DNA of 64,000 nt from the NCBI GenBank assembly GCA_965203515.1, contig OZ241907.1, forward strand, positions 3,392,001 through 3,456,000, read 5' to 3'. Positions 55,478 to 64,000 of the stretch are shown here, piece by piece; the stretch's first letter is position 1, and every line of letters begins with the position of its first letter. This DNA is from Spirochaetia bacterium. Its GTDB lineage: Bacteria; Spirochaetota; Spirochaetia; SZUA-6; Bin103. The notes below the pieces were generated by a model that saw only the letters and a list, made by a program, of their open reading frames with translations, had not been told where the DNA came from and searched no databases. A program made the translations under genes and the position numbers.

Positions 55478-58400
55478 ATGGGCGCCGGAATGCCCGGTGG
55501 CACGGTCGCCGTGGGCGGCACGGTCGCCGTGGGCGGCACGGTCGCCGTGGGCGGCGCGGTCGCCGTGGACGGCGCGATCGCCGTGCGCGGCGCGCGCGCC
55601 AACAACCTCCGCGACCTCGACGTCGACATCCCGCTGGCGCGCATGACCGTGGTCACCGGCGTGTCCGGCTCCGGCAAGTCGTCGCTGGCGTTCGACACCA
55701 TCTACGCCGAGGGTCAGCGGCGTTACGTGGAGACCTTCTCCGCCTACACGCGCCAGTTCCTGGACCGGATGGACCGCCCGGCGGTCGACGCGGTCGAGGG
55801 GGTGCCGCCCGCCATCGCCATCGACCAGACCAACCCGGTGCGCACGTCGCGTTCCACGGTCGGCACCATGACCGAGCTCAACGACTACCTGAAGCTCCTG
55901 TACGCGCGCGCCGCCGGGCTCTCCTGCCGCCGCTGCCGCCGCCCCGTGCAGGTGGAGACGCCGCAGACGATCGGCGCGGAGATCCTGCGGTCGGCGCCGG
56001 ACCGGCAGCTCGCGCTGATCACCTTCGAGGCGGCGGTGCCGGCAAACTTCACGCCGGCGGAGGTGCGCGCCCTGCTGGCCGCCAAGGGCTACCACCGCAT
56101 CCACGCCGAACGGCGCGCCACCCGCTCGCGCCCGCGGCGCCTGGAGGTGATCCAGGACCGGGTGGCGCTGACCGCGCGCAACCTGCCGCGCATCGTCGAG
56201 GACCTGGAGGCCGCCCTGGAGCACGGCCACGGCCGCGTGGCGGTCCGCGCCGCGGCGCCCGACGGCAGCGTGGGCCGGCCGCGCCGGTTCTCCGCGGACC
56301 TGCACTGCGCGGCGTGCGATATCGCCTACCGCGAGCCGCTTCCCAGCCTGTTCTCCTTCAACTCCCCGGTCGGCGCCTGCGAACGGTGCCGCGGCTTCGG
56401 GCGTATCATCACCATCGACTACGATCTGGTGATCCCGGACCGGCGCCGCTCGCTGGCCGACGGCGCCGTGCGGCCGTGGCAGAGCAAGAGCTACGCCGAG
56501 TGCCAGGACGACCTGATCGGCTTCGCGCGGCGCCGCGGCGTCCCGATCGACGCGCCGTGGCAGGAGTTGTCGGCCGCCGATCGCCGCTGGGTGATCGACG
56601 GCGAAGGATCGCACGCCGAGGGGTGCTGGTACGGCGTGCGCCGCTTCTTCGACTGGCTGGAGGGGCGCGCCTACCGCATGCACGTGCGGGTGCTGCTGTC
56701 GCGGTACCGCGCCTACGTGGAGTGCCCGGAGTGCCGGGGCACGCGCCTGAAGCCCGACGCGCTGCTGTGGCGGCTCGGCGCCGGCACCGGCTCCGGCGAC
56801 GGATACCACGTCCACGAGGTCGCGCTGCTGTCGATCGACGCGTGCGAGCGCTTCTTCGGCGAGCTGGCGGCGCCGGCCGCGGTCGCGGCCGGGGTGGAGC
56901 CGGTGCTGGCCGACATCCGCACGCGCCTGCGCTACCTGGCGGAGGTGGGGCTGGGCTATCTCACGCTGGACCGGCAGTCGCGCACGCTGAGCGGCGGCGA
57001 GGTGCAGCGCATCAACCTGACCACCGCGCTCGGCACGCAGCTCGTGAACGCGCTGTTCGTGCTGGACGAGCCGAGCATCGGCCTGCACCACCGCGACGTG
57101 GAGCGGCTGATCGGCGTGCTGCACCGCCTGCGCGATGCGGGCAATACCCTGCTGGTCGTCGAGCACGACCCGGCGGTGATCCGCGCCGCCGACCACGTCG
57201 TCGACCTGGGACCGGGGCCGGGCCGCCGCGGCGGCCGCATCGAATACGCCGGCTCGGTCGCCGGGCTCGCCCGTTCCGAGGCGCTGACCGGCCGCTACCT
57301 CAGCGGCCGTCTGCAGGTGGCCGGACCGGACGGCCGCCGGCCGGCCGACCGCGGCCGGCTGCGGGTGCGCGGCGCCCGCGCCAACAACCTCAAGCGCATC
57401 GACGTCGACTTCCCGCTGGGGGCGCTGGTCTGCCTTGCCGGGGTCTCCGGTTCCGGCAAGTCGACCCTGCTGACCGACATCCTGTTTCCGGCGGTGCGCC
57501 GCGCCAAGGGGCTGCCGGCGGAGGCGCCGGGCGCCCACCGCGCCGTGCTGGGCTGCGACCGCCTGGCGGCGATCGAGCTGATCGATCAGAGTCCGATCGG
57601 CAAGTCGGCGCGCTCCACGCCGGCCAGCTACGTCAAGGCGCTCGATCCGATCCGCAAGCTGTTCGCCGCCACGGACCTGGCGCGCGGCCGCGGCTACACC
57701 GCCGGCACCTTCAGCTTCAACACCGGCGACGGGCGCTGCCCGACCTGCAGCGGCGCCGGCTTCGAGCACGTCGAGATGCAGTTCCTCTCCGACGTCTACC
57801 TGCGGTGCGCGGACTGCGACGGCCGCCGCTTCCGACCGGAGGTGGAGGAAGTGCGCGTGCGCGGCCGATCGATCGCGGACGTGCTCGACATGACCGCCGG
57901 TGAGGCGCACGACGCCTTTCCGGAGCCGGCCGTGCGGTCGGCGTTGCGGCCGCTGGCCGACGTGGGACTCGGCTACCTGACCCTGGGACAGGCGGTGCCG
58001 ACCCTGTCCGGCGGCGAGGCGCAACGACTGAAGATCGCCGGGCACCTGGCCGGCGCCGCGGCGGCCGGCGCCGGCCGCCGCGGCCGGTCCCGCAGCGGCG
58101 AGCCGCGTCCGGGCGTCCTGTTCCTGATGGACGAGCCGACCACCGGACTCCACTTCGCCGACATCGCCGTGCTGATCGACGCGCTGCGCAGTCTGGTGGC
58201 CGCCGGCCATTCGCTGATCGTGGTGGAGCACAACCTGGACGTGCTGGCCGCCGCCGATCATCTCATCGAGCTGGGGCCCGAAGGCGGCGCTGCCGGCGGC
58301 CGGGTCATCGCCGCCGGCGCGCCGGAGGAGATCGCCCGCGCCGCCGGCACCCCCACGGCGCTGGCGCTGCGCGACCGGGGCCGGCAGCTCCCGCCAGCCG

Positions 58401-61075
58401 GCGCGGCGGGCGCGCCGACCGCTCCGGGCGCGCCGACCGCGGCGGTCGTACCGACCGCGGCGCCGCGCAGCGACGGCGCCATCCGCGTGCGGCGCGCCCG
58501 CGAGCACAACCTGCGCGGCATCGACCTGGCGATTCCGCGCGATCGGTTCACGGTGGTCACCGGCGTGAGCGGCTCGGGCAAGAGCACGCTGGCCTTCGAC
58601 GTGCTGTTCGCGGAGGGCCAGCGCCGCTACCTGGAATCGCTGAACGCCTACGTCCGGCAGTTCGTGCAGCCGGCGGCGCGCCCCGACCTGGACGGGCTGT
58701 CGGGCATGCCGCCGGCGGTGGCGATCGAGCAGCGCACCAGCCGCGGCGGCCGCAAGAGTACGGTCGCCACGCTCACCGAGATCTACCACTTTCTGCGGCT
58801 GCTGTACGTGCGGCTTGGCGTCCAGCACTGTCCCGAGTGCGGGGCGGCGATCGAGCCGCAGAGCGCCGCCGCGATCGGCGCCGCCATCCTGGATCGGTTC
58901 GCCGGCCGGCGGGCGATGGTCCTGGCGCCGCTGGTGAGCGGGCGCAAGGGCTACTACACCGACTTGGCGGCGTGGGCCGCCGGCAAGGGGTTCGCGGAGC
59001 TGATGGTCGACGGCCGGCTGCTGGCGACCGAGCCGTGGCCGCGTCTGGACCGCTTTCGCGAGCACGACATCGACGCGCCGGTCGCCGCCATCGACGTCGA
59101 CCGGCGCGCCGCCGCGGCGGTGGAAGCCGCCGTGGCGCAGGCGCTGGAGTTCGGCCGCGGCGCCCTGCACGTGCGCGAGGTCGACGGCGGCGGTCGCGCC
59201 GGCGCCGCGCACGTCTATTCGACCCGGCGAGCCTGCCCGAGCTGCCGGCGCAGCTTTCCCGAGCTCGACCCGCGGCTGTTCTCCTTCAACTCCCGGCACG
59301 GCTGGTGCCCGGTCTGCTTTGGCACCGGCCTGGAGCTGCCCGGCTTCGACGTCGAGCACACCGGCGAGGAGGCGTGGTGGAACGAGTCGTGGGAGGGGCA
59401 GGAACTGCCGTGTTCCGGCTGCGCCGGCCGGCGCCTGCGGCCGGAGGCGCTGGCGGTGACCGTGGGCGGCCGCTCCATCGACGATCTGGGCAGCCTGGCG
59501 GTGCAGGCGCTGCCGGCCGCGCTGCGCGCCTTGCCGTTCGACGACCGGCAGCGGACGATCGCGCGCGACATCGCCCGCGAGCTGCACGCGCGCCTGGGGT
59601 TCCTGCATCAGGTGGGACTGGGCTACCTCGGTCTGGACCGCGCGGCGCCGACCCTGAGCGGCGGCGAGGCGCAGCGCATCCGGCTGGCCGCGCAGCTCGG
59701 ATCGCAGCTCCGCGGCGTCTGCTACGTGCTGGATGAGCCGTCGATCGGCATGCACGCGCGCGACAACCATCTGCTGCTGGCTACCCTGCGGCGGCTGCAG
59801 GAGCGGGGCAATACCGTCGTGGTGGTGGAGCACGACGAGGAGACGATCCGGAGCGCCGATCACGTCGTCGACCTCGGTCCGGGAGGCGGTACCGAGGGCG
59901 GCCGGTTGGTCGCGCACGGCAGCCTGGCCGAGGTGATGGCGAGCGACGCCTCCGCCACCGGCCGGATGCTGCGCGCGCCCGGCCGGCATCCGATCATCGA
60001 GCGGCGGCGCGATCCCGACGCCGGCTGGCTGACCGTCAGGGAGGCGGCGCTGCACAACCTGCGCGGCATGGACGTGCGCATCCCCCTGGCGGCGGTCACC
60101 TGCATCACCGGCGTGAGCGGCTCGGGCAAGAGCACCCTGGCGCGCCGGCTGCTGTTCGATCAGGTGCGCGAACGGCTGGCGGCGCGAGCGGCGCGCCGCT
60201 CCCGGCGCACGCCGCGCGCCGCGTGGGTCGGCTGCCGCTCGATCGAGGGGTGGGAGGCGCTGCGCCGCGCCCTGCAGGTCGACCAGACGCCGATCGGCAA
60301 GACGCCGCGCTCCTGCCCGGCCACCTACGTGGGGGTCTGGGACGAGGTGCGCGCCCTGTTCGCCGCCGCCACCGAGTCGCGCATCCGCGGCTACGGCGCC
60401 GGCCGCTTCTCCTTCAACGTCGACGGCGGCCGGTGCGCGGCGTGCGCGGGCCAGGGGGTGAAGAAGCTGGAGATGAGCTTCCTGCCGGACGTGGCGATCC
60501 GCTGCGAGGCGTGCGGCGGCGATCGCTTCGATCAGGAGACGCTGGCGGTGCGGGTCCACGATCGATCGGTTGCCGACGTGCTGGCGCTCGACGCGGCGGC
60601 CGCGGCCGAGGTGTTCGCCGCCCACCCGCGCGTCGCGCCGACCCTGCGTCTGCTGGTGGAAGTGGGGCTGGGGTACCTGCAGCTGGGGCAGCCCAGCCCG
60701 ACGCTGAGCGGCGGCGAGGCGCAGCGCATCAAGCTGGTCGCCGAGCTGGCCAAGCGCGCGCCGGGGGGCGCGGCCGGCGCCGGCGGAACGCTCTACGTCC
60801 TGGACGAGCCGACGATCGGCCTGCACATGGCCGACGTCGACCGGCTCACGCGCGTGCTGCATCGGCTGGCCGACCGCGGCGACACGGTGGTGGTGGTCGA
60901 GCACAACCTCGACCTGATCGCCGAGGCCGACCACGTCATCGACCTGGGCCCCGACGCCGGCGAAGCCGGCGGCCGCGTGGTGGCGGAGGGACCGCCGCCG
61001 CAGGTGGCGGCGGTGCGCCGCGGGTCACGCACGGCGCCGGTGCTCGCCCGCTTCCTGCGCGAGCGCGCCGCCTGA
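55478..61075 (+). CDS. uvrA: Double-length excinuclease ABC subunit A (two fused UvrA units)
   Basis: Four GVSGSGKS Walker A motifs, four LSGGE.QR signatures, multiple CxxC fingers, Ala/Pro linker near 58380-58470. Confidence 0.95.
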   Translation: MGAGMPGGTVAVGGTVAVGGTVAVGGAVAVDGAIAVRGARANNLRDLDVDIPLARMTVVTGVSGSGKSSLAFDTIYAEGQRRYVETFSAYTRQFLDRMDRPAVDAVEGVPPAIAIDQTNPVRTSRSTVGTMTELNDYLKLLYARAAGLSCRRCRRPVQVETPQTIGAEILRSAPDRQLALITFEAAVPANFTPAEVRALLAAKGYHRIHAERRATRSRPRRLEVIQDRVALTARNLPRIVEDLEAALEHGHGRVAVRAAAPDGSVGRPRRFSADLHCAACDIAYREPLPSLFSFNSPVGACERCRGFGRIITIDYDLVIPDRRRSLADGAVRPWQSKSYAECQDDLIGFARRRGVPIDAPWQELSAADRRWVIDGEGSHAEGCWYGVRRFFDWLEGRAYRMHVRVLLSRYRAYVECPECRGTRLKPDALLWRLGAGTGSGDGYHVHEVALLSIDACERFFGELAAPAAVAAGVEPVLADIRTRLRYLAEVGLGYLTLDRQSRTLSGGEVQRINLTTALGTQLVNALFVLDEPSIGLHHRDVERLIGVLHRLRDAGNTLLVVEHDPAVIRAADHVVDLGPGPGRRGGRIEYAGSVAGLARSEALTGRYLSGRLQVAGPDGRRPADRGRLRVRGARANNLKRIDVDFPLGALVCLAGVSGSGKSTLLTDILFPAVRRAKGLPAEAPGAHRAVLGCDRLAAIELIDQSPIGKSARSTPASYVKALDPIRKLFAATDLARGRGYTAGTFSFNTGDGRCPTCSGAGFEHVEMQFLSDVYLRCADCDGRRFRPEVEEVRVRGRSIADVLDMTAGEAHDAFPEPAVRSALRPLADVGLGYLTLGQAVPTLSGGEAQRLKIAGHLAGAAAAGAGRRGRSRSGEPRPGVLFLMDEPTTGLHFADIAVLIDALRSLVAAGHSLIVVEHNLDVLAAADHLIELGPEGGAAGGRVIAAGAPEEIARAAGTPTALALRDRGRQLPPAGAAGAPTAPGAPTAAVVPTAAPRSDGAIRVRRAREHNLRGIDLAIPRDRFTVVTGVSGSGKSTLAFDVLFAEGQRRYLESLNAYVRQFVQPAARPDLDGLSGMPPAVAIEQRTSRGGRKSTVATLTEIYHFLRLLYVRLGVQHCPECGAAIEPQSAAAIGAAILDRFAGRRAMVLAPLVSGRKGYYTDLAAWAAGKGFAELMVDGRLLATEPWPRLDRFREHDIDAPVAAIDVDRRAAAAVEAAVAQALEFGRGALHVREVDGGGRAGAAHVYSTRRACPSCRRSFPELDPRLFSFNSRHGWCPVCFGTGLELPGFDVEHTGEEAWWNESWEGQELPCSGCAGRRLRPEALAVTVGGRSIDDLGSLAVQALPAALRALPFDDRQRTIARDIARELHARLGFLHQVGLGYLGLDRAAPTLSGGEAQRIRLAAQLGSQLRGVCYVLDEPSIGMHARDNHLLLATLRRLQERGNTVVVVEHDEETIRSADHVVDLGPGGGTEGGRLVAHGSLAEVMASDASATGRMLRAPGRHPIIERRRDPDAGWLTVREAALHNLRGMDVRIPLAAVTCITGVSGSGKSTLARRLLFDQVRERLAARAARRSRRTPRAAWVGCRSIEGWEALRRALQVDQTPIGKTPRSCPATYVGVWDEVRALFAAATESRIRGYGAGRFSFNVDGGRCAACAGQGVKKLEMSFLPDVAIRCEACGGDRFDQETLAVRVHDRSVADVLALDAAAAAEVFAAHPRVAPTLRLLVEVGLGYLQLGQPSPTLSGGEAQRIKLVAELAKRAPGGAAGAGGTLYVLDEPTIGLHMADVDRLTRVLHRLADRGDTVVVVEHNLDLIAEADHVIDLGPDAGEAGGRVVAEGPPPQVAAVRRGSRTAPVLARFLRERAA
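55496..55585 (+). repeat. 18-bp coding tandem repeat x5 at the uvrA 5' end
   Basis: ggcggcacggtcgccgtg-type units (GGTVAV). Confidence 0.9.
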
Positions 61076-61091
61076 CCGGATCGCCTCAGCC

Positions 61092-62006
61092 TCAGCCGCC
61101 GCCGAAGCAGCCGCCGCCGTGTACGTCGCCGTGGGCGCTCGGCCGCGCCGACTGGCCCCACGGCATCGGCATGGTCGGCGGCGCCGCGTGGTGGTCGCCG
61201 CGCGGCGGTTTCGGGCGGGCCCGGAACTCGGTGACCATGCGCGCCAACTGTCGCGCCGCCTCGCGCACGGCGCGCTCGCCCTTCTCCCGGGTGGCCAGCG
61301 CGGCCTGGCCCAGCACCCCGGAATCGCTGTAGGAGGCGGTCCAGGAGGTCACGTTGCCCGGCCCGTGGCCGAACAGATCGGTGAATTGAAAGTCCGAGCC
61401 GTAGCGGTGGTAGGCGATCGCGCCGTCGGCGATCAGCTCCGTGCGCACGTCGTCGGCCGCCAGGTACAGGTACACGGAGGTCTCCAGCTCGCAGGCGTGG
61501 GCGATGCCGCCGGGAAAGCGGCTCTCACGCCAACTCGGCAGGAACTCCGGGTCGACCGCCAGCAACTGCCACCACGAACAGGCGGCGCACTCGGCGTCGG
61601 TCTCCAGGTTCACCCGGCGCGCGGCCAGGTCGAGGTTGGGCGCGTTGGAGCCGTGGCCGTTGAGGAATACGATCTTCTTGAAGCCGTGGTAGGCCAGGCT
61701 CGCGCCGATGTCGACGATGCACTTGATGAAGTGCTCCCAGTGGATGTTGGTGGTGCCGGGGAAGTCCATCACGTGGGCGGCGTAGCCGTGCACGAACGGA
61801 TGCATCACCAGCACCTGGTCGGGAATCTGCCGCGCGGCCGCCTCGGCAACGCCGCACGGGCAGACCACGTCGACGTCCAGCGGCAGATGGGGGCCGTGCT
61901 GCTCGGTCGACCCGACCGGACAGACCACCACCCGTTCCTGCTTCACCGCGTCGTTGATCTCCGGCCAGGTCAGCTTCTCGTAGCGCCACGGCTCAGATCG
62001 TGCCAT
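61092..62006 (-). CDS. Creatininase/creatinine amidohydrolase family protein
   Basis: [44 protein letters not shown]...AT.EKG. Confidence 0.9.
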   Translation of the reverse strand: MARSEPWRYEKLTWPEINDAVKQERVVVCPVGSTEQHGPHLPLDVDVVCPCGVAEAAARQIPDQVLVMHPFVHGYAAHVMDFPGTTNIHWEHFIKCIVDIGASLAYHGFKKIVFLNGHGSNAPNLDLAARRVNLETDAECAACSWWQLLAVDPEFLPSWRESRFPGGIAHACELETSVYLYLAADDVRTELIADGAIAYHRYGSDFQFTDLFGHGPGNVTSWTASYSDSGVLGQAALATREKGERAVREAARQLARMVTEFRARPKPPRGDHHAAPPTMPMPWGQSARPSAHGDVHGGGCFGGG

Positions 62007-63729
62007 CGGTTCCTCCTTGCGCCCGCTCGATCCTGGCCCAGGTATCGCGCAGGCCGATGGTGCGGTTGAAGACCGGCCGCCCGGGCGCCGCGTCGCGCGC
62101 GTCGGGGCAGAAGTAGCCGGTGCGGATGAACTGCACCGGCACGGACGGCTCCGCGTCGGCCAATCCCGGCTCCAGCTTGCAGCCGGTGAGCACGCGCAGG
62201 GCGTCCGGGTTGAGGTGGTCGCGCCAGTCTTCGCCCTCGGCCAGGTCGTTCATGTCGGCCTTGGTGAACAGCCGGTCGTACAGGCGCACCTCGGCGTCCA
62301 GCGCGTGCGCGGCGGAGACCCAGTGCAGGGTGCCGCGCACCTTGCGGCCGTCGGCGGTGCCGCCCCCGCGCGAAGCGGGGTCGTAGGTGCAGCGCAGCTC
62401 GATGGGGCGGCCCTGCGCGTCCCGGACCACCTCGTCGCAGGTGACGTAGCAGGCGTGCTTGAGCCGCACTTCGCGCCCGACCGCCAGCCGGAACCACTTG
62501 CGCGGCGGATCGTCCCGGAAGTCGCCGCGCTCGACGTACAGCTCGCCGCTGAACGGCACCTGCCGGGTGCCGGCCGACGGGTCCTCGGGGTTGTTATCGC
62601 ACTCGACCAGCTCCACCTGCCCGGCCGGGTAATTGGTGATGATCAGCCGGATCGGGTCGAGCACGGCCATGACGCGCCGCGCCGTGCGGTTGAGGTGCTC
62701 GCGCAGCAGGTGTTCGAACCGCTCGATCTGCACCAGCACGTGCGTCTTGCTCAGGCCCACCGCGGTCGCGAAGCGGCGCAGCGCCGCCGGCGGCACGCCG
62801 CGCCGGCGGAGCGCGGCGATGGTCGGCAGCCGCGGATCGTCCCAGCCGGTGACGTGGCCGGCCTCCACCATCTCCTTGAGGCGGCGCTTGCCGGTCATGG
62901 TGTGCGAAAGGTAGAGATGGTTGTATTCGATCTGGCGCGACGGAAAGATGCCCAGCGCCGCGATGAACCAGTCGTACAGCGGCCGGTGCGGCTCGTATTC
63001 CAGCGTGCACAGGGAGTGGGTGACCCCCTCGATCGAGTCGGATTGGCCGTGCGCCCAGTCGTAGGTGGGGTAGATGCGCCAGCGGCCGCCGGTGCGGTGG
63101 TGCACGGTGCGCATGATGCGGTACATCACCGGGTCGCGCAGGTAGACGTTGGGCGCCGCCATGTCGATCTTGGCGCGCAGCACGCAGGCGCCCTCCTCGA
63201 ACTCGCCGGCGCGCATGCGGCGGAACAGGTCGAGATTCTCCGCCACCGAGCGGGTGCGGTAGGGGCTGTCGCGGCCGGCCGCCTGCGCGACGCCGCGGTA
63301 GGCGATGATCTCCTCCGCGCTCAGGTCGTCGACGTACGCCTTGTCGGCTTCGATGAGCTGGACGGCCAGCTCGTAGAGCCGCTCGAAGTAGTCGGAGGCG
63401 TAGTACTCGCGCGGCCCCCAGTCGAAGCCGAGCCAGCGGATGTCGGTCTTGATCTGTTCGACGTACCGGGTCTCCTCCCGCTCGGGGTTGGTGTCGTCGT
63501 AGCGCAGCGCGCAGGTGCCGCCGAATTCGGCGGCGATGCCGAAGTTGACGCAGATCGCCTTGACGTGGCCGACGTGCAGATAGCCGGACGGCTCCGGCGG
63601 GAAGCGGGTCCGCACCCGGCCGCCGTAGCGGCCGGCGTCTACGTCGCGCTTGACCGCGGCGCGCACGAAGTCCGCGCCGGTGGGGCCGGTGGGGATGGTC
63701 GCCGGTCCGCCGGCGGCCGGGCCGCTCAT
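61993..63729 (-). CDS. glnS: Glutamine--tRNA ligase
   Basis: [63 protein letters not shown]. Confidence 0.95.
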   Translation of the reverse strand: MSGPAAGGPATIPTGPTGADFVRAAVKRDVDAGRYGGRVRTRFPPEPSGYLHVGHVKAICVNFGIAAEFGGTCALRYDDTNPEREETRYVEQIKTDIRWLGFDWGPREYYASDYFERLYELAVQLIEADKAYVDDLSAEEIIAYRGVAQAAGRDSPYRTRSVAENLDLFRRMRAGEFEEGACVLRAKIDMAAPNVYLRDPVMYRIMRTVHHRTGGRWRIYPTYDWAHGQSDSIEGVTHSLCTLEYEPHRPLYDWFIAALGIFPSRQIEYNHLYLSHTMTGKRRLKEMVEAGHVTGWDDPRLPTIAALRRRGVPPAALRRFATAVGLSKTHVLVQIERFEHLLREHLNRTARRVMAVLDPIRLIITNYPAGQVELVECDNNPEDPSAGTRQVPFSGELYVERGDFRDDPPRKWFRLAVGREVRLKHACYVTCDEVVRDAQGRPIELRCTYDPASRGGGTADGRKVRGTLHWVSAAHALDAEVRLYDRLFTKADMNDLAEGEDWRDHLNPDALRVLTGCKLEPGLADAEPSVPVQFIRTGYFCPDARDAAPGRPVFNRTIGLRDTWARIERAQGGTDGTI

Positions 63730-64000
63730 GACGGGGACCGGTAGGCGACGATCAGCCCGTCGCGGATCGGCGCCAGGGACACGGTCCAGCCGCGGTCGGC
63801 GGTGATCAGGGCGGTGAAGCGCCGCACCCCTTCGGTGTCCGCGGAGCGGTCGGCGGCGTCGAAGATGCGCCCGCTCCACAGCATGTTGTCGATGATCAGC
63901 ACGCCGCCGGGCCGCAGCTTCCGCTCGATCACCGGCAGCGAGTCCGGGTAGAGGCGCTTGTCGATGTCGTTGAAGATCACGTCGTAGGGGCCTTCCGCCT
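63726..64000 (-). CDS. O-methyltransferase (CCoAOMT/COMT-like), C-terminal part; start lies beyond the window
   Basis: [14 protein letters not shown]......[16 protein letters not shown] ... PIRDGL. Confidence 0.85.
   Translation of the reverse strand, partial: AEGPYDVIFNDIDKRLYPDSLPVIERKLRPGGVLIIDNMLWSGRIFDAADRSADTEGVRRFTALITADRGWTVSLAPIRDGLIVAYRSPS

Noticed and set aside
55370..60934. 1854-aa antisense ORF, and similar long shadow ORFs (17530-20652, 31646-34828, 34018-38274, 45990-48941, 50534-53422)
   Set aside because: Shadow frames of real genes, expected from stop-codon scarcity in high-GC DNA. No recognisable domains except the true 3' portions annotated separately (NqrM-like, rpiA).
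61092..62006. Mycofactocin peptidase MftE or a RiPP system
   Set aside because: No precursor peptide, radical SAM or other mft genes nearby; a generic creatininase-family call suffices

Overview
Very GC-rich (roughly 70%+ by eye), gene-dense bacterial chromosome segment with about 55 genes. Several markers suggest a Spirochaetota genome (inference): a MOSP/Msp-like outer sheath protein, class I LysRS, a spirochete-style SSB N-terminus and a spirochete-type Hsp70-like domain. Most genes are housekeeping: hemC, sbcD/sbcC-like pair, argA-proC-proA-proB, aroA, pyrG, lpdA, folC, lysS, rpiA, bcp, mnmA, cobA-hemD, era, clpP, argJ, infA, pepA, ssb, double-length uvrA, glnS. An approximately 11 kb Wzy-type surface-polysaccharide locus with its own sulfotransferase and cysC sits directly behind a tRNA(CAU). 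I found no integrase, transposase, reverse transcriptase or CRISPR array. The most notable observations are: (1) a YefM-antitoxin-like C-terminal peptide fused to a formylglycine-generating enzyme; (2) an orphan PelD-like/PelE-like pair whose second gene carries an Hsp70-like domain; (3) the candidate sulfated polysaccharide pathway; (4) many apparently leaderless genes plus likely CTG/ATC start codons; (5) a 33-bp hendecad coiled-coil array and a C24/G17 hairpin. All family calls come from motif recognition by eye; no database search was run.
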